64,000 bases of DNA from Selaginella moellendorffii (Eukaryota > Plantae > Lycopodiophyta). Shown here in pieces: positions 49,940 through 63,889 of the stretch (position 1 is its first letter; each line of letters begins with the position of its first letter). A model generated the notes under the pieces. That model was not told the origin of the DNA. It did not search any database and was given only the letters and a program-made list of their open reading frames with translations. The stretch is from NCBI RefSeq assembly GCF_000143415.4, contig NW_003314313.1, positions 533,228 through 597,227 on the forward strand, given 5' to 3'. The translations under genes were made by a program, and so were the position numbers.

Positions 49940-52928
49940 CTAGGCCAAGGAGATTTGACGCGGCATGTACCTCTGCTCGCCCGGTTTGTCTTTCGAATTC
50001 CGCTGCCAGCGTCCCACGGCCTTGCCACAAGAGTTCCCTACGAAGTTCCTGGGCCTGTTGTCCAAAACTTCATTTGCCTTTGCAGCTTCGTCCAAAACCC
50101 CGCTCGGAGAGCCTTTCGGTGACAGCTTTGGAGCTTCGGTGTCCAAGTTCTGGTCGTTGTTGATAGGCCACACCTTCGTGTTTTTACTTCGCTTGCCGGT
50201 TCTGTCGTGCTTAAAGTTTGCGTCGGTGTTTCTCCGCTCCACAGCCGTGGCCCATCCTAGATCGCAATCACACAAGTTAGCAACATCTAAGAAGGAAACA
50301 ACGTAACTTACTTTCAGAGAGAAAGCTTGCCAGCAGCTTGGAAGAGAAGGATGGCGACGTCGCATGCAGATCCACAAGGCACGGCTTTGTGTCCATTGCA
50401 GCACCGTCTTCCGCATTGTCACTGTCCACCGCTGGTCTTAGAGCCACCGCACTAAGCTTGGGCGGAAAAGTTCCATCGTCCTCGACCATGCTCCGAGTGT
50501 TTTCCGCACCACTTTGATCTCCAACTTTGCCGACGGGCTTCCAAACCTTTAGAGGTGGCGTTGGCTTGGCCCAGCTTGCCTGTCTGCCTTCCAAGCTTTC
50601 GGGAGTCGAAGACTTGTTCATCAGATTGCTCTCCTCCGATAAAGAGCACGGACGTCGTACGTGCCCCTCCAGCGGCACACTTAATGATCCAACCAGCAAA
50701 GTATGGCCACTCTCAGCTTCCGCCGAACCCACGGGAACACTTATTTCCTGGTCATCATCTTTTGTTCTGCTTGGTTGGCTGGCTTTCCTCGTCCAGACGA
50801 CACGACCATTGGATCCCTTCACAATACCTCTGTACACCCCAGCAAGTTTCTTGCGATAGTGCTGCTGGTATGGATCAATTCTTGTCGAGTGCTGCGTTCT
50901 TCTCGGCCGGAAATAAGCTTGATATGAGCTATCACCCGTCCGATAAGTTGCAGAAGAGGAAAAGTTTGTGCGTCTTCGATCCTTGATGACTCTCCCGATA
51001 TTTTGATCCACAAAGTTGTGGTCTTTCAATGCCGTTTCGACCTGACCTTGATCCTCCTCATGTACCATTTCTATACTGTTCTCCATCACCGTCTTCTCTT
51101 CAGAAGAAGTTTCCCAAGTAGCCGCTTGGTTGTCCCTCAGCAGAACAAGAAAGCCATTCTCATCTGTGACTTCGGTGACAGGCCCCTCCCCATTATCCAC
51201 CGCAAACGGATAATCCTCGTCGTCACCCGTTCTTGGAGTATTCACCTCTTCATCGCCCAGATCAATGTCAGCATTTGGAGGCTGATCCACTCCCTTGCGC
51301 CCCTTCTGCTTGTTTCTCTTCTGACGTTTTCTTTCCAGATCTTTAGCTCGCCTGTAAAAGAAAATTACGTTATGAAAATTTCAAGCGCAATCCACGAAGA
51401 TGCTTACTTGCGCTGGGCGGCTTCCTCCTCTTCAACAAGAGCTTTCTCGCAGCGCAACGCTTCGACGTTCTTTTCCGCCATCCACGCTTTCAGCTGAGAG
51501 AAAGAGAAGCTTAGATTCTATCATATGAATCTTGCAAAAAAATTTACCAGTTTCTGTTCGACGAGAAAACTCATAGAAGCCACCACATTTTTATCTTCGA
51601 GTCCAATTTTTTCCGCATCGCCGTGATATACAAAACGCTGAACAGCTATTGACGTCCCTCCGCACAAGAACGTCCCTTCGCTTGCATCATCGAGTGTTTT
51701 AAGAAGCTTTTCCGACGGTATTGGAAATAAAGAAGTTTTGTTCTGTACAAGTTCCTGCAACAGAAAAGAAATGAATATAAAACCAGGTGATAAGCATAGA
51801 ATCACTTACGAGAAGGACTGTCCCTGCCTTCATGTAGGCAGGAGGATAAGGCTGCAGGCCAGGGTGTTGAACAAACGATGCTAAGGCTTGAAAGGCTGAC
51901 GTTCCAGACAGATTCTGCAAAAACAAAGTATAAGGCGGTTTCGCAATAAAGAGATCTATAATCACCTCAATTCCCATATTTTTGAATGAAATGACTTCAC
52001 TGGATTCTTCAGCTGTAAGCTGGAAGTTACGCACGGGTTAGTTCAACACTTTCATACAATTGTGCATACATACCTTATCCCAATACGCAGCTAACTGTGA
52101 CCTTTCATGCCGCAAATCCTGTTACACCAAACCAGATTTCAGTAAATACCACAGCTAAAAACCAAACAGCTCTTACCTTATCATCAATCAGCGAACGACG
52201 ATGTGATCGTATGTGCCTGCGATAATTCAGCGTGGAACAGAACTCGCGGGAGCACTTCTCACACTTCTTCATCTGCGGCTTCGGCAACAATGGCCACCCA
52301 GGAATCTCTGTGACAGATCAAACCGATGTTGGAACCAGGAAACTAAAAGAAAAGGTGAAAAGCAATACAGACCATTAACTTTTGCGGCAGCCTGAGCAAA
52401 AGCCACAACAGCCTGAGGAACTTTGAGTGAATGCAACCGGTCGCTGGCCTGGAAACCTTTCGCCAAATTCTCGCTTCCCTTGAAAACATCGCTAAGATGA
52501 AATCCTCGCTCCTTGTTCCCAGCGTCATCCGACTTGAAGCTCTTCGCCGACTTATCACCGCGATGCCCAGTTACCTCGGACTCTTTCCTCTTGGCCTCCG
52601 CAGAGTCGGACCTCTTCCTATATGCTTTTCCCACACCCTTGGACGCATTGGAGCCTCCGCCCTCCTCGACCGAGGGAACAATGTTGCACTGTGTCGTGGA
52701 ATTCGAAGTTTTCACCTTCTTCTCGTCGTCAAAACCCTTCACCGAACTCGCAGCCTTCTCGCTATCTACAGCACCAGCGCCTGGTGATTCCAAAACCTCC
52801 GCGAGACCTATGTCCTGCTCTACATCTACCTCCTGTTCATCGTAACTACCATCGCCCTCCGGGATTGTAATCACGAAATCGTCGCTCTTCTCCATCGCCT
52901 CCACCTCCACATCGTGCTCGAAATCCAT
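49940..52928 (-). CDS. C2H2 zinc-finger protein (At4g25610-like), multi-exon
   Basis: VPQAVVAFAQAAAK, LPKPQMKKCEKCSREFCSTLNYRRHIRSH, LDDASEGTFLCG, GLEDKNVVASMSFLVEQKL, AWMAEKNVEALRCEKALVEEEEAAQR; GT-AG introns. Confidence 0.8.
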
Positions 52929-53625
52929 CGCCGCTCCTCCGGCCGAGAGGGAATTGCTAGCAGCAGCAGCTGCCGCCTCGCAGATTTCCGGGAGAAATGC
53001 CTACCGAGAAGGAGATTGCGATGCGTCTTTCCTAGATCTCTGTTCCCCGGGCGATAGATCCGGCGTCTGGATCCCTGCGCGCGTCGCCTGTTCGTGGAAG
53101 TCTTCTAGGTCACACTGACCTAAGCTCTCAAACCTAATCTCAAGAACAAAATAGCAAAATACAGCCGATTTTCCCTCCAATTTTGCCGAGCGCGATTCTT
53201 GGCCTCTCTGGATCTCGGAAGAACAGCGCAGCGATGGATCTACCACAAGTCACAAGAAAGAAAAATCTCTCATATCGGACAAGACTGGCCGCTTGTCCTG
53301 TTTCACCGTAACCGACATAGGCAAAGATCGATCAATCGCCTCGAAATCTCGCTCGCCGGGCAATATTTCGCGGAGATCGATCGAGAATGGGAGCGAATCG
53401 AGACGCAAGAGCTCGGGACCTCTAGATCGCGGCAGAGCTTCCGCCCCAAAGAGCCCTAGATTCGGGAGCAACCGTTGGATCTAGACGGATTCAAACAACA
53501 CGCGCTCCGAGCCGTTGATCTCAAGCAGTAAAGAGAGGAAAAAGAGAAAGAAATTTTCAAACACTTTCCCACGTAGAGCTGTGTGTGTAGAAGAAGGGTT
53601 TTGGGGGTTTATTTAGGTCGGCCGG

Positions 53626-55334
53626 ATGGATCGCGACGACGACGATGACGACGTCGATCCAGCGCCAGCAGCTCCGGCAAGATTCCAGCAGCAGCAACGA
53701 GATTGGAGTGCCTGGAGTATCGATGCGATCGAGCTCCTCTTGCAGGCATTCCTCAGGTATCTGGGAGCGTTTGTGGATTTTCTCGATAGGATCATCAGCT
53801 ATTTCGAGGCGCCTCGCGAGGGAGAAAGAAGAGCGGGCCGGGAGCAGCAGCAGCAGCAGCAACAACAACAACAACAGGGAAGCAGCGTATGGATGCGCGT
53901 TCTCCAGTGGCTGGGCAGTGGCGTCAGGAATCTTCCCCAGGACCGAAGCTCGCTGTGGATGCCCAGCGTCGCGATGCTACTCGTGTGCTTCGTATTTCTA
54001 GGTGCGGAAAAGAAAAAGTAGGCTAGATCTCCTTTGCTTTGCTTTTAATCACCACTGGTTTGACAATGCAGGCTTTAGAACGGGCTTTCGACTCTTTAGA
54101 ATCGTGGAAGTTGTCCAAGAACAAGTAGAACCCGAGAAAACACCGTCCAAGCGGCTGCTGCTACCAGATGGGAGGTACATAGCTTACAGAGAGCTAGGGG
54201 TCAGTGTAGAAAAATCCAAGCACTCTGGATTAGTGGTACGGGGATTCACAGCTTTTAGAGAGACAGGTACCATGTCCTTTTGTGCTCCTTTTCTGTCCAA
54301 CTTGTGCTAACATATGATTTTTTTTGTAGGCATTCCCGGACTGAACGATTCTTTGCTGGAACAGTTTCAAGTTCGTCTGATCATATACGACTTGCCGGGA
54401 TTCGGGCTGAGTGATCCTAATCCCAATAGAACATTTAACTCTTCCGCACAGGACATGGAACTCATTGCCAACGCACTGAGACTCGGCGAGAGGTTTTGGT
54501 TGCTGGTACATCCTGGTGGCGGTCCCTATGCGTGGGCAGCAATCAGATATATTCCAGAGCGACTATCAGGTGTGATCTCTGCTTTCTGCATTATCTAGAA
54601 AGGTAAAAGCCTGAAAGAGTTGATGCGAATTTTTGAACCTGGCTTGTTTTGCATGCACAGGTGTTGTGATGCTGGCTCCAGTTGGAAACCCGTCTAAGGC
54701 CGGGGACGTGAGTGAGATCGAGGAAGATGGAACTGATTCTGAGGAACTGTCGTCCGGATGGAGGTTCCTAGCACGAGTTCTTGGCATCGGCCGATTTTTT
54801 CCCATTCGAAAGGAGTTGAAGAAGAAGATAACAAAGATACACAAAGGATTATATACGACTGTAGCTGACAAGGTAAGGGAAGGAGTTTCTGTTTTCAGTT
54901 TTCAGTTTTAAGCCATGATGCGTGTCTTTCAGGAACAAGTTCTGTTCGAGCAGAGGGAATTTATAAATTTTTGGGAGCAAAACCTTCGCTACACAGCGCC
55001 AGACGCAGTCCCGAGAGCAGCAGCAGCGCCTAAACCGCCAGCGGCTGAGAGACGGAGCCACCCTGATTTTAGCAAGTTTTTCAAGATCAGGCTCAAGTTT
55101 CCTTCAGTGCCAGTGCGTCCAGCGTTCCGACTTGTGAAGAGCTTCATAATGTGGTGGTGGCCGAGACAAACTAAGAAGGAGCCAACGGATGATGCTGCTG
55201 TTGCTCCTGATGCTGCCGCCAGCTTTGGAACGCCGTTGCCTCCAAATCTACTGAGTGAGACTTGGGAAGCCTTCAAACTCAAGCTCGGCTTAGTCGTGGT
55301 GCTGCTGGTGATCTCGCTCTTGGTCCTCAGATAA
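53626..55334 (+). CDS. Alpha/beta-hydrolase-fold protein, apparently lacking the catalytic Ser, with a divergent C-terminus
   Basis: LPDGRYIAYRELG, YDLPGFGLSDPNPNR, FWLLVHPGGGPYAWAA..YIP.RLSGVVMLAP. Confidence 0.75.
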
Positions 55335-55888
55335 CGCACGCACACCTCTCTAGAGCCGAGGTATGGTTTAACACCTCTCATTTGTTCGCTTCGCTGTATA
55401 AAATATAGATGTCTGACACTCGAGTCTTTGTCCCGTGATCTTTTACGTTTTATCTTTTCTGCTTGCAGCAGAGACAGACAGACACTGATGCCTCACTCCG
55501 AGGCAAGAGTCGTATCAGAGGACCAAATTACACCTACGGATTGTTTTACGCTGTCACCAGGAAGGTACTTGAACCGCAAGTTAATTTCTCACACTTCTTT
55601 TCCCTTCTGTAGGAGATAACGCAAGAATCTACCGCAAACATAATCTTGACTCGAGGATTGCCGTCAGAAGGGATGGTGTTTATAGAGGTCACGACAAGTT
55701 TTATGATCTTTTGTGGCAGGCACGGTGGAGTCGTGGGCTGCTAACTATTTACCCGTACAAAAGCGTCTAACTTATAGACTTCTAAGGTGCCTTACCGAAT
55801 ATCCACCGGCTCGCTGGCATATATCTTCAGAGAACTGGTACGTTGTGCCTTGTATTTTCTGAGCTTCTCTTTTGTGCGAGTAGTAGCC

Positions 55889-56627
55889 ATGTCGAAAGAC
55901 AGTGTGAAGCTCTTGAACTTCTGGCCGAGTATGTTTGGCTTGAGAGTCCACTATGCGCTGGATCTGAAAGGGGTGTCCTACGATTACCAGGAGGAGAATT
56001 TGTTCAACAAGAGCAAGGAGCTTCTCGAGGCAAATCCAATCTATACGAAGATTCCGGTTCTCATCCACAACGGCAAGCCTATCTGCGAGTCTCTTGTCAT
56101 CGTCGACTACATTGACAGTGTGTGGCCCGGTTCTCACAAGCTCCTCCCGGAAGATCCATACGAAAAGGCTGTGGCTCGCTTCTGGGCAGACTTTGGTGAC
56201 AGAAAGGTAAACTTGTCGCTTCTTCCGGGTTGATCAAAACCAGATTTTTCCTTACTAACAGCTCTATGACGCCGGGAGCCGACTCATACGAGCTATGGGG
56301 GAGGAGCACAAGAAAGCCGGCGAGGACTTCAAGTGGGCTCTGATGAAAATCGATGAAGCTCTCGGCACCATCGCTCCAGGCAAGCCTTTCTTTGGCGGCG
56401 ATGCTATGAACTTTGCAGATGTTGCTCTGGCTCCATTCATCTGCTGGTTCAAAGGCTACCAGAAAGTGGGAGGATTCGTGCTTCCAGGCCCGGAAGAATG
56501 GCCCAATCTCTACAAGTGGGTGGACGCTGTAAATTCCGTGGACGCGATCAAGATATCCACTCCAAGCGATGACAAGGTTACTGAATCCGTTGAGCGTTAC
56601 AGGAAGCATTTTACCGGGGCTGCCTAA
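55889..56627 (+). CDS. GSTU: Tau-class glutathione S-transferase; exons 55889-56206 and 56262-56627
   Basis: VKLLNFWPSMFGLRV, NPIYTKIPVLIHNGKPICESLVIVDYID, ARFWADF|, FFGGD...ADVALAP; single intron at the tau-class position. Confidence 0.95.
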
Positions 56628-56795
56628 AACACGGACGGTTTTCAAGATATGTACTGTTTTCGATTCATCATCTCGATGCGTAAACAATAAAAAGTACTTC
56701 AAATAAACAACGTCTCTGACATTTTCTAGAAATCCAGACGGTCCTTCGGGGTTCTTGCTTCAGAAATTTCGTCGAACGGCGATTTTTTACTAGCG

Positions 56796-56847
56796 TCTCT
56801 GTCTCTCTATCTCTCTCTCTGTCTCTCTGTCTCTCTCTCTGTCTCTG
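56796..56847. repeat. (CT)n/(GT) microsatellite
   Basis: CTCTGTCTCTCTATCTCTCTCTCT... Confidence 0.85.
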
Positions 56848-59424
56848 TGTTACGATTAGCCTTTTTATTAAAATTTTATCCTTTAAATTTTCCTTATATG
56901 TTTATGGAAGCTTCTGTTTAGAAATATGGTTTACTAACTAAGAACATATAACAACTATAAACTAAAAGTATAGAAATAGTAATGGGAAGCTAACACTTTT
57001 TTACTATATGATTAAACAAACCTTCTCCAGAAATCTTTTATTCATTGCTGAATGTTCTTTTAAAGATTAATTCTTGCCTAAATTATAACATTTCATTATT
57101 TTGTATTTCTTTGTCAATATAAACTTTTTATTACCTCAAATATGCGTACATCTATATATGGCAAAGCCTTTTGTGTATAACAAATACTTACCCCATTGCT
57201 ATTGTTTTCATATTTATTAGTTTAAACTTTTACTACTTAACAATCCTAGTTTTATATATTTAACAAACTAGCTTAAGTCAAGTTCATTTTTATAAAGATA
57301 TATATTAAAGATATATGTTATAATTTGTTTATTTTCTTATATAAAGATTATTTTATTTTATAAAAGTTAAGAAAACATTAAGAATTGCCACTTTTGACGA
57401 GCTCTACCTCTGAAATGAATATTTTTATGGTGTATTTTATTTTAATTAATATTTACCTTTTATTATTAATTTTTTAAATTAAGTGTTTTAAGAATTATTA
57501 TTTTTAAAAAATACTTATTAAGCTTTAATCTTTGTAATAACTATACTTTTACCATCTAATTCTTTTTACTCTATATTTCATACTCCAAGATTTATATTCC
57601 ATGTTTCTACCATTTAATCTCATTTCAAGTTTTTCTATGTTTTCCCAAATATATTTGGAAAAAATTGTAAAAATGAAAAAAAACAAAAACATCATTCAAT
57701 TATATACATAAAAGAGGCTAAAAATTCAATTCTTAAGTTTCTAAATTATCTTGGAGTTTATATTTACACTAAAATACTTAATTTACACATAATTTAACTT
57801 GTGTAAACCATAAAGAAATTAAATACCTTTAAATTTAAGGGTAACTCATATTTGGTAGCTCGCTTCAATTAAATATGATCAAGTCATGATGGCAGTTGGG
57901 TTTGAAGTAACTTGAAGCAGTGTTTAACTTTGATTACTGCCTTTAATAAATATTTAGATCCAAAAATCTATAAAAGTTTTCTTTTATCTAATAGTATCAC
58001 CTTGCCATTACGTTTTGAAAATAGAGAGAGCAAAAGAAATATGTTAAAGCAAGAATATTACTATAAAGACATATCTCATTATTGTAAGTGTTATATTATA
58101 ATTCATTGCTTTTGAGAGGATTTTATCCACTATAACATGATTTACAATAATAATTATATATGTTTTCTTTTGATTCAATTATTACCAAATTGTTTTACCT
58201 ATATGAAGACAATGGAAGAAAAGTCAATAGTTTTCAACTCAAATTTTTATTATTACTTCTGCTCAAAGTTCTTGAAACAATATATAAATTGATTGTAGGG
58301 CTTTGAAGTGTTAAACTCTTGAATATCCGTTCATAGAGAAATAAAAATCCTTGAGAGGATTATATAAAAATAAAGAGTAAAAGTATGCTAATTATGAAAA
58401 AAAATCTTGAAAAGAACAATAGAAGCACATTTTTTACAAAACTAGGAAGTGACAGAAAAAAAATACATCAAACTTTGAAAAGTTTTATTTACTTAATGGA
58501 TTATACTATTATCATTATAGCATCACCTGACACAATATTTATCTCACACTTTAAATATTTCAAAGTATGTCAAATAAAGCATCTTGCTCCAGAAACTTCG
58601 TTGAACAGAAGATTAGCCTTTTTATTAAAATCTTATCTTTAAAATTCTCTTTTCATGTTTATGGAAGCTTCTGTTTAGAAATATATTTTACAAATTTACA
58701 GAAAACAACTATAAACTAAAAGTATAGAAATAGTAATGAGAAGCTAATGCTTATATGATTAAACAAACACTCTTGAGAAATCTTTTATTCATTGCTGAAT
58801 GTTCTTTTAAAGATTAATTCTTGCCTAAATTATAACATTTCATTATTTTGTATTTCTTTGTCAATATAAACTTTTTATTACCACAAAGTGCATACATCTA
58901 TATATAGCAAAGCCTATTGTAATGTTTTTTCTTTATCCAATCATCTTTTAAATACTTACCCCATTCTTTTCATATTTATTAGATTAAAATTTTACTACCT
59001 AATAATCCTATTTTTATATATTTAAAAAACTAGATCATGTCAAATTCTTTTTCCATACAGATATATATTAAAGATAAAGGTTATAATTATTTTATTTTCT
59101 TGTATAAAGATTACTTTAATTTTATAGAGATTAAGAAAACATTAAGAATTGCCACTTTTGATGAGCTCTACCTCTGAAATGAATATTTTTATGGTGTATT
59201 TTTTTAAATTAATATTTAACTTTAATTATTACTTTTTTAAATTAATTGTGTTGAGAATTATTATTTTTTAAAAATATTTCTCAAGCTTTAAGCTTTTTAA
59301 TAACTACACTTTCACCATCTAATGCTTTATATTCTATATTTCATGCTCCAATATTTATATTCTATGTTTTTACCATTTAATCTCATTTCAAATTTTTCTA
59401 TTTTTTGCCAAAGTATATTTGGAG

Positions 59425-62400
59425 TGTGAGGGCCAAGTGTACGGCTACGATGCCATATACTAATATTAGCGTAATGGGATTTTGGTAGCCGTCAAATTAG
59501 TTTCAATCCAGCCCACTCGCTCTTGTATATAAGCTAGGGTTTTTGGGCTAATTAATATGCACATTTCTGTATTCCCTTTCCTTATTCCATGCACTCACAT
59601 TGGTGGAGATGAGGGGCACCTTTGATTGTCCCTGGGGAGTGCTTGGATTTGGGATTTTGGTTTGGATCTAACTTTTGCATCGTCTAGATCTAGCTTTTTC
59701 CATTTCTTTTCTTTTATTCTTTCTTTTAGATCTAGCCTTTTGCATTGTCTAGATCTACCATTTCCTTCCAGATTTTTGTCATTTATCTTCTTTTGCTCTT
59801 TCTTCGTTCATCTTCATGGCAGATTAGCAATCTCCTTCTTTGACTCTGGAGCAGCAGTTGGTACAATTGCTTGATGCTATGCGCTTGCAATTGAACAACC
59901 AAACTCAATTGATGGCAGTGTTCACGGCACATGGTACAACTCCTCCTACTCTTGGTGCCAATCCTCGCGTTCGGTCGGAGTTCTTTCGCGGGAATCCTGG
60001 GAATGATGTGTACCATTAGTTCGATCACTTCACGGTGATTGCCACATATCATTCTTGGGATGATGCATGACGTTTGATGTGTTTTCAAGGGATGGCGTTT
60101 CAGTGGTACAATGGTTTGAGCGCAGCCACTCGTGGGGATTGGAGTGTTCTCCCAGACGTCTTCAAACATGCTTTCGAACATGCCGATGACTGTAATAATG
60201 CCTTCCAACAATTGCATCGTCTTCGCCAAGGGCCATTTGAGTCGGTGATGCAATTGTTTGTTTTCGAAGTCTTTTGCTTTGCACGGTGCCAAATATGTCG
60301 GAGCGGATCAAGCTAGGAATGTTGTGGCCAGCACTTCGTCAAGATTTTGTCGGACTTGTGCATGCACTTGCTCCCGCCACCCTTGACAATGCTCTTCGTT
60401 TGGCACAACGTTATGAGACGTCGCCTCTTCCACTTCTCGCTGCATGTCCTTCAGCTCCACTTTTTGTGGGTGATGGTCCTGTTCCAAAGGAGGTTGATGC
60501 TGCTGTTGCTTGAGTCCAAGGCTAAGAGTGAGGACGTGGTCATGGCCGTGATGTTCCCTGCTGGGCATGTGATGAAGTTGGTCATACTTATCGGCGTTGT
60601 TGGCGTTTTCTGGATTGGCGACCTCCATTTTTTGGGTGGAGACCTTGGTGTCAGCAACGTCCCGTTGGTGCTGCTGTAGTGGAAGGTTTGGACACCGAGA
60701 TGCATCCGGGAAACAAGGAGTTGCGCGAGTAATAGAGGGACCTTGCGCGAATAAGTTAGTGACTCCTCCATCTTTCTTTCGAGAGTATCATCAAGGGGTT
60801 CACTTGGCACCAGTTCATCCATTATTTACTTTCTAAGCTCGTCTTTATAACAAGAGGGCTCCTATTATTCTTTTTGTGTTGGTTGATATAGGTTCGAGTT
60901 TATCTTCTATTGCTCGACCTATTGCCACACGTTGTCGTCTACACTTGCGTCATGTGGCGGAACCAGTTTTCATTCTTTATGGCAACAACTGTACACATGC
61001 ATGTGCATGGGATGAGGCAGACCTGGTTGTGCGTGTGGGCAATCTTGAGCTTGAGTTGTAGTCGTTGCGGGTGGTGTCGAGTCAAGGTTTTGACCTCATT
61101 CTTGGTATGGATTGGTTGCAGTGCAATCATGCCAAGTGTGACTTTGAGGCTTCTCCCCCTTGTCTCATACTTCCTTATGTTTCATTCATTTCTCTCACTT
61201 TCGTACCTCTTCGTCCCTCTATTTTTACGTCTGCTTCCATTACTTTTGTTCCCCCATTATTTCCTCCTGTGTTTCCATCTTATTCTGCTCTTCCCTTTTC
61301 CGATCCCTCCAACGATCTTTGTGTTGCAGAAGTTGACCGGCTCATGAAAAAGTATTCTGATCTCTTTGACTTTGACCTATCGTTTAGAGCCAAGATCGCC
61401 ACACGTCATCCGATTCCAACTGAGGATGCTCGTCCAATCAAGGTTCCTGTTCGTCGTTGGTCACCAAAGGAGATCAAGATTTTACATGCAAATGTTAAGG
61501 AGATGTTGGAGAAGGGTGTTATTCAGAAGTCGCGGAGTCCTTGGGCATGTGAACCTCATCTTGTGACAAAGCCTAATGGGAGTATTAATTTCTGCATTGA
61601 CTATCGTCTGTTAAACAACGTAACAATTTTGGATGTGGACCCTCTTCCTCACACTGTTAATCTCCTAGATCGTTTGGGGCGAAGTTGTTGGTTCACCAAG
61701 CTAGATCTTGCTTCTGGGTATTAGCAAGTACCGATGGCTGAAGAAGATATTCCTAAGACTACTTTTTGTACACCATTTGGTTTGTACGAGTTTTTGGTGA
61801 TGCCATTTGGTTTGAACAATGCTTCAACAACTTTTCAACGGATGATGGACAAGGTTCTCTGTGATATGCCGGAGGTGACAGCTGACTTCATTAATGATGT
61901 CTTGATCCACTCGGAGGGAACGTGGGAGGAGCACGTTCGTGATGTTTGTAAAGTGTTGGATCGGCTACACGACGTTGGTTTAAAGCTGAAACGGTCAAAG
62001 TGCATGTTTGGATCCAAGGACACAAGTTATCTTGGGTACCGTATTTCTTGTGAGGGTTTGCAAGTTGATCTTGACAAACTTGTGGCTGTTCTAAAGTTCC
62101 CTACTCCGAAGTGTGTGAATGATGTGCAACACTTCTTGGGCAAGGTGCAGTATCTCGGGCGTTTTGTGGATCATCTTTTTGATCGCACTGCACCATTGCA
62201 AGCGTTGCTGAAGTCATCAACGTCATCTTTCATCTAGTCTCCGAATTGTGAGCAGGCGTTCGGGGATCTCAAAGAGTTATTGATAACTCCTCCGGTTTTG
62301 GCATATCCTGATTACACTCGACCTTTTATTTTGCTCGTGGATGCTTCTGACATTGGTCTTGGAGGTGTGTTAATGCAAAAAAGCTCGAGTGTGCCTGGTC

Positions 62401-63597
62401 AGCGCCATCCCATTGCATATATAAGCCGTACATTACAACCAGCAGAGATGAACTACTCCATGATAGAGAAGGAGTGTTTAGCAGCAGTCTGGGGTTTCGA
62501 GAAACTTCATGCATATCTACATGGTTCTTGGACGTTACTTGAAGGTGACCATGCTGCTGTTACTTCGTTATTGAAGTGGAAGAACCTGGTTGGTCATATT
62601 GCTCTGTGGGCTTTAAAGCTTCAGATATATAATTTTGATGTTGTTCATCGCCCAGGGAGTTCTATGGCTGATCCTGATGCCCTTTTTCAAGCTCCTCTTC
62701 CTTTTCCACTCTCTTCTCATGTTTCTGACGAGCCTGTCGTTCCAGCATCTGTGGATTTTCTTGACGAGGATTCTGTGCCGTCGGCGGTTGCTGTACTTGA
62801 CGTTTAGTGTCCACAAGGTGTAGAGCAAGATTTACCTTCGCTTGATGAGGTTCGCGAAGCTTAAAAGATTGAGCCATGGATTCGAAAACTTCGAGATAGG
62901 TTTGAGAATCCTGCATCATTTGCTGATGACTTGCCTTTCTGGCATTTACATTCTCAATATCGTCTTGAAGATGGCCTTCTTTATTTTATGGGGACAGATT
63001 CTGATGATCATTTACGGCTGGTGGTGCCTTCTATCTTTATTCCGCGATTTCTCCATGCCTACCATAATTCTCCTATTCTAGATGGGCATATGGGACATCA
63101 TCGTGTAATTGAGAAGCTACGCAGGTATTTCTATTGGCTGGAGATGCAACGTGATATTATCCGGTATGTGCGTAGCTGCATTTAGTGCCAAGCTCGTAAT
63201 ACTCCCCCTCAGGCTGTGGAAGGACGGTTAGAGTCAATTGCAATTTCCTGTCTATTTGAGTTGGTGGCGTTTGATCTTATAGGACGTTTTCCATGGTCGA
63301 CTACTGGCAATGAGTATGTTATTATTGCTTCTGACTATTTGACTCGTTGGGTGGAAGTTGGTGCTCTTGTTAGTGCCTCTGCAACTGCTGTTAGATACTT
63401 CTTCCTCAATCGAGTGGTGTTCTAGCATTCTTGTCCAGAGCAGATTCTTTCAGATAATGGTCCTGCATTTATAGCTAAGGCATTTCATGTTTTGACATCT
63501 CGGTTAGGGATTTGCCACACTTTTACAAATGCTTATCATACACAATCAGACGGTCTAGTGGAACGGCTCGTTCAGACGTTCAAGGGGATTCAAGGGG
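59425..63597 (+). mobile_element. 3'-truncated, decayed Ty3/Gypsy LTR retrotransposon
   Basis: 175-bp 5' LTR TGTGAG...CTCACA (59425-59599); PBS TGGTGGAGATGAGGGG; gag CCHC (CWACDEVGHTYRRC), protease LVDIGSS, RT (MPFGLNNA, FINDVLIHS), RNase H (VDASDIG) and integrase HHCC/core, cut off at ~63597. Confidence 0.9.
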
Positions 63598-63826
63598 ATG
63601 ATATATGTATATATATATAATATATATATATGTATATATATATGTATATATATGTATGTATATATATATGTATGTATATATATATATGTATATATATATG
63701 TATATATATATGTATGTGTATATATATGTATGTATATATATATGTATGTATATATATATATGTATGTATATATATATATATGTATGTATATATATATATA
63801 TGTATGTATATATATATATATGTATG

Positions 63827-63862
<36 letters not shown>

Positions 63863-63889
63863 TATGTATGTATATATATATATATATAA
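63598..63889. repeat. (TA)n/(TATG)n microsatellite, ~290 bp
   Basis: Direct inspection. Confidence 0.97.
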
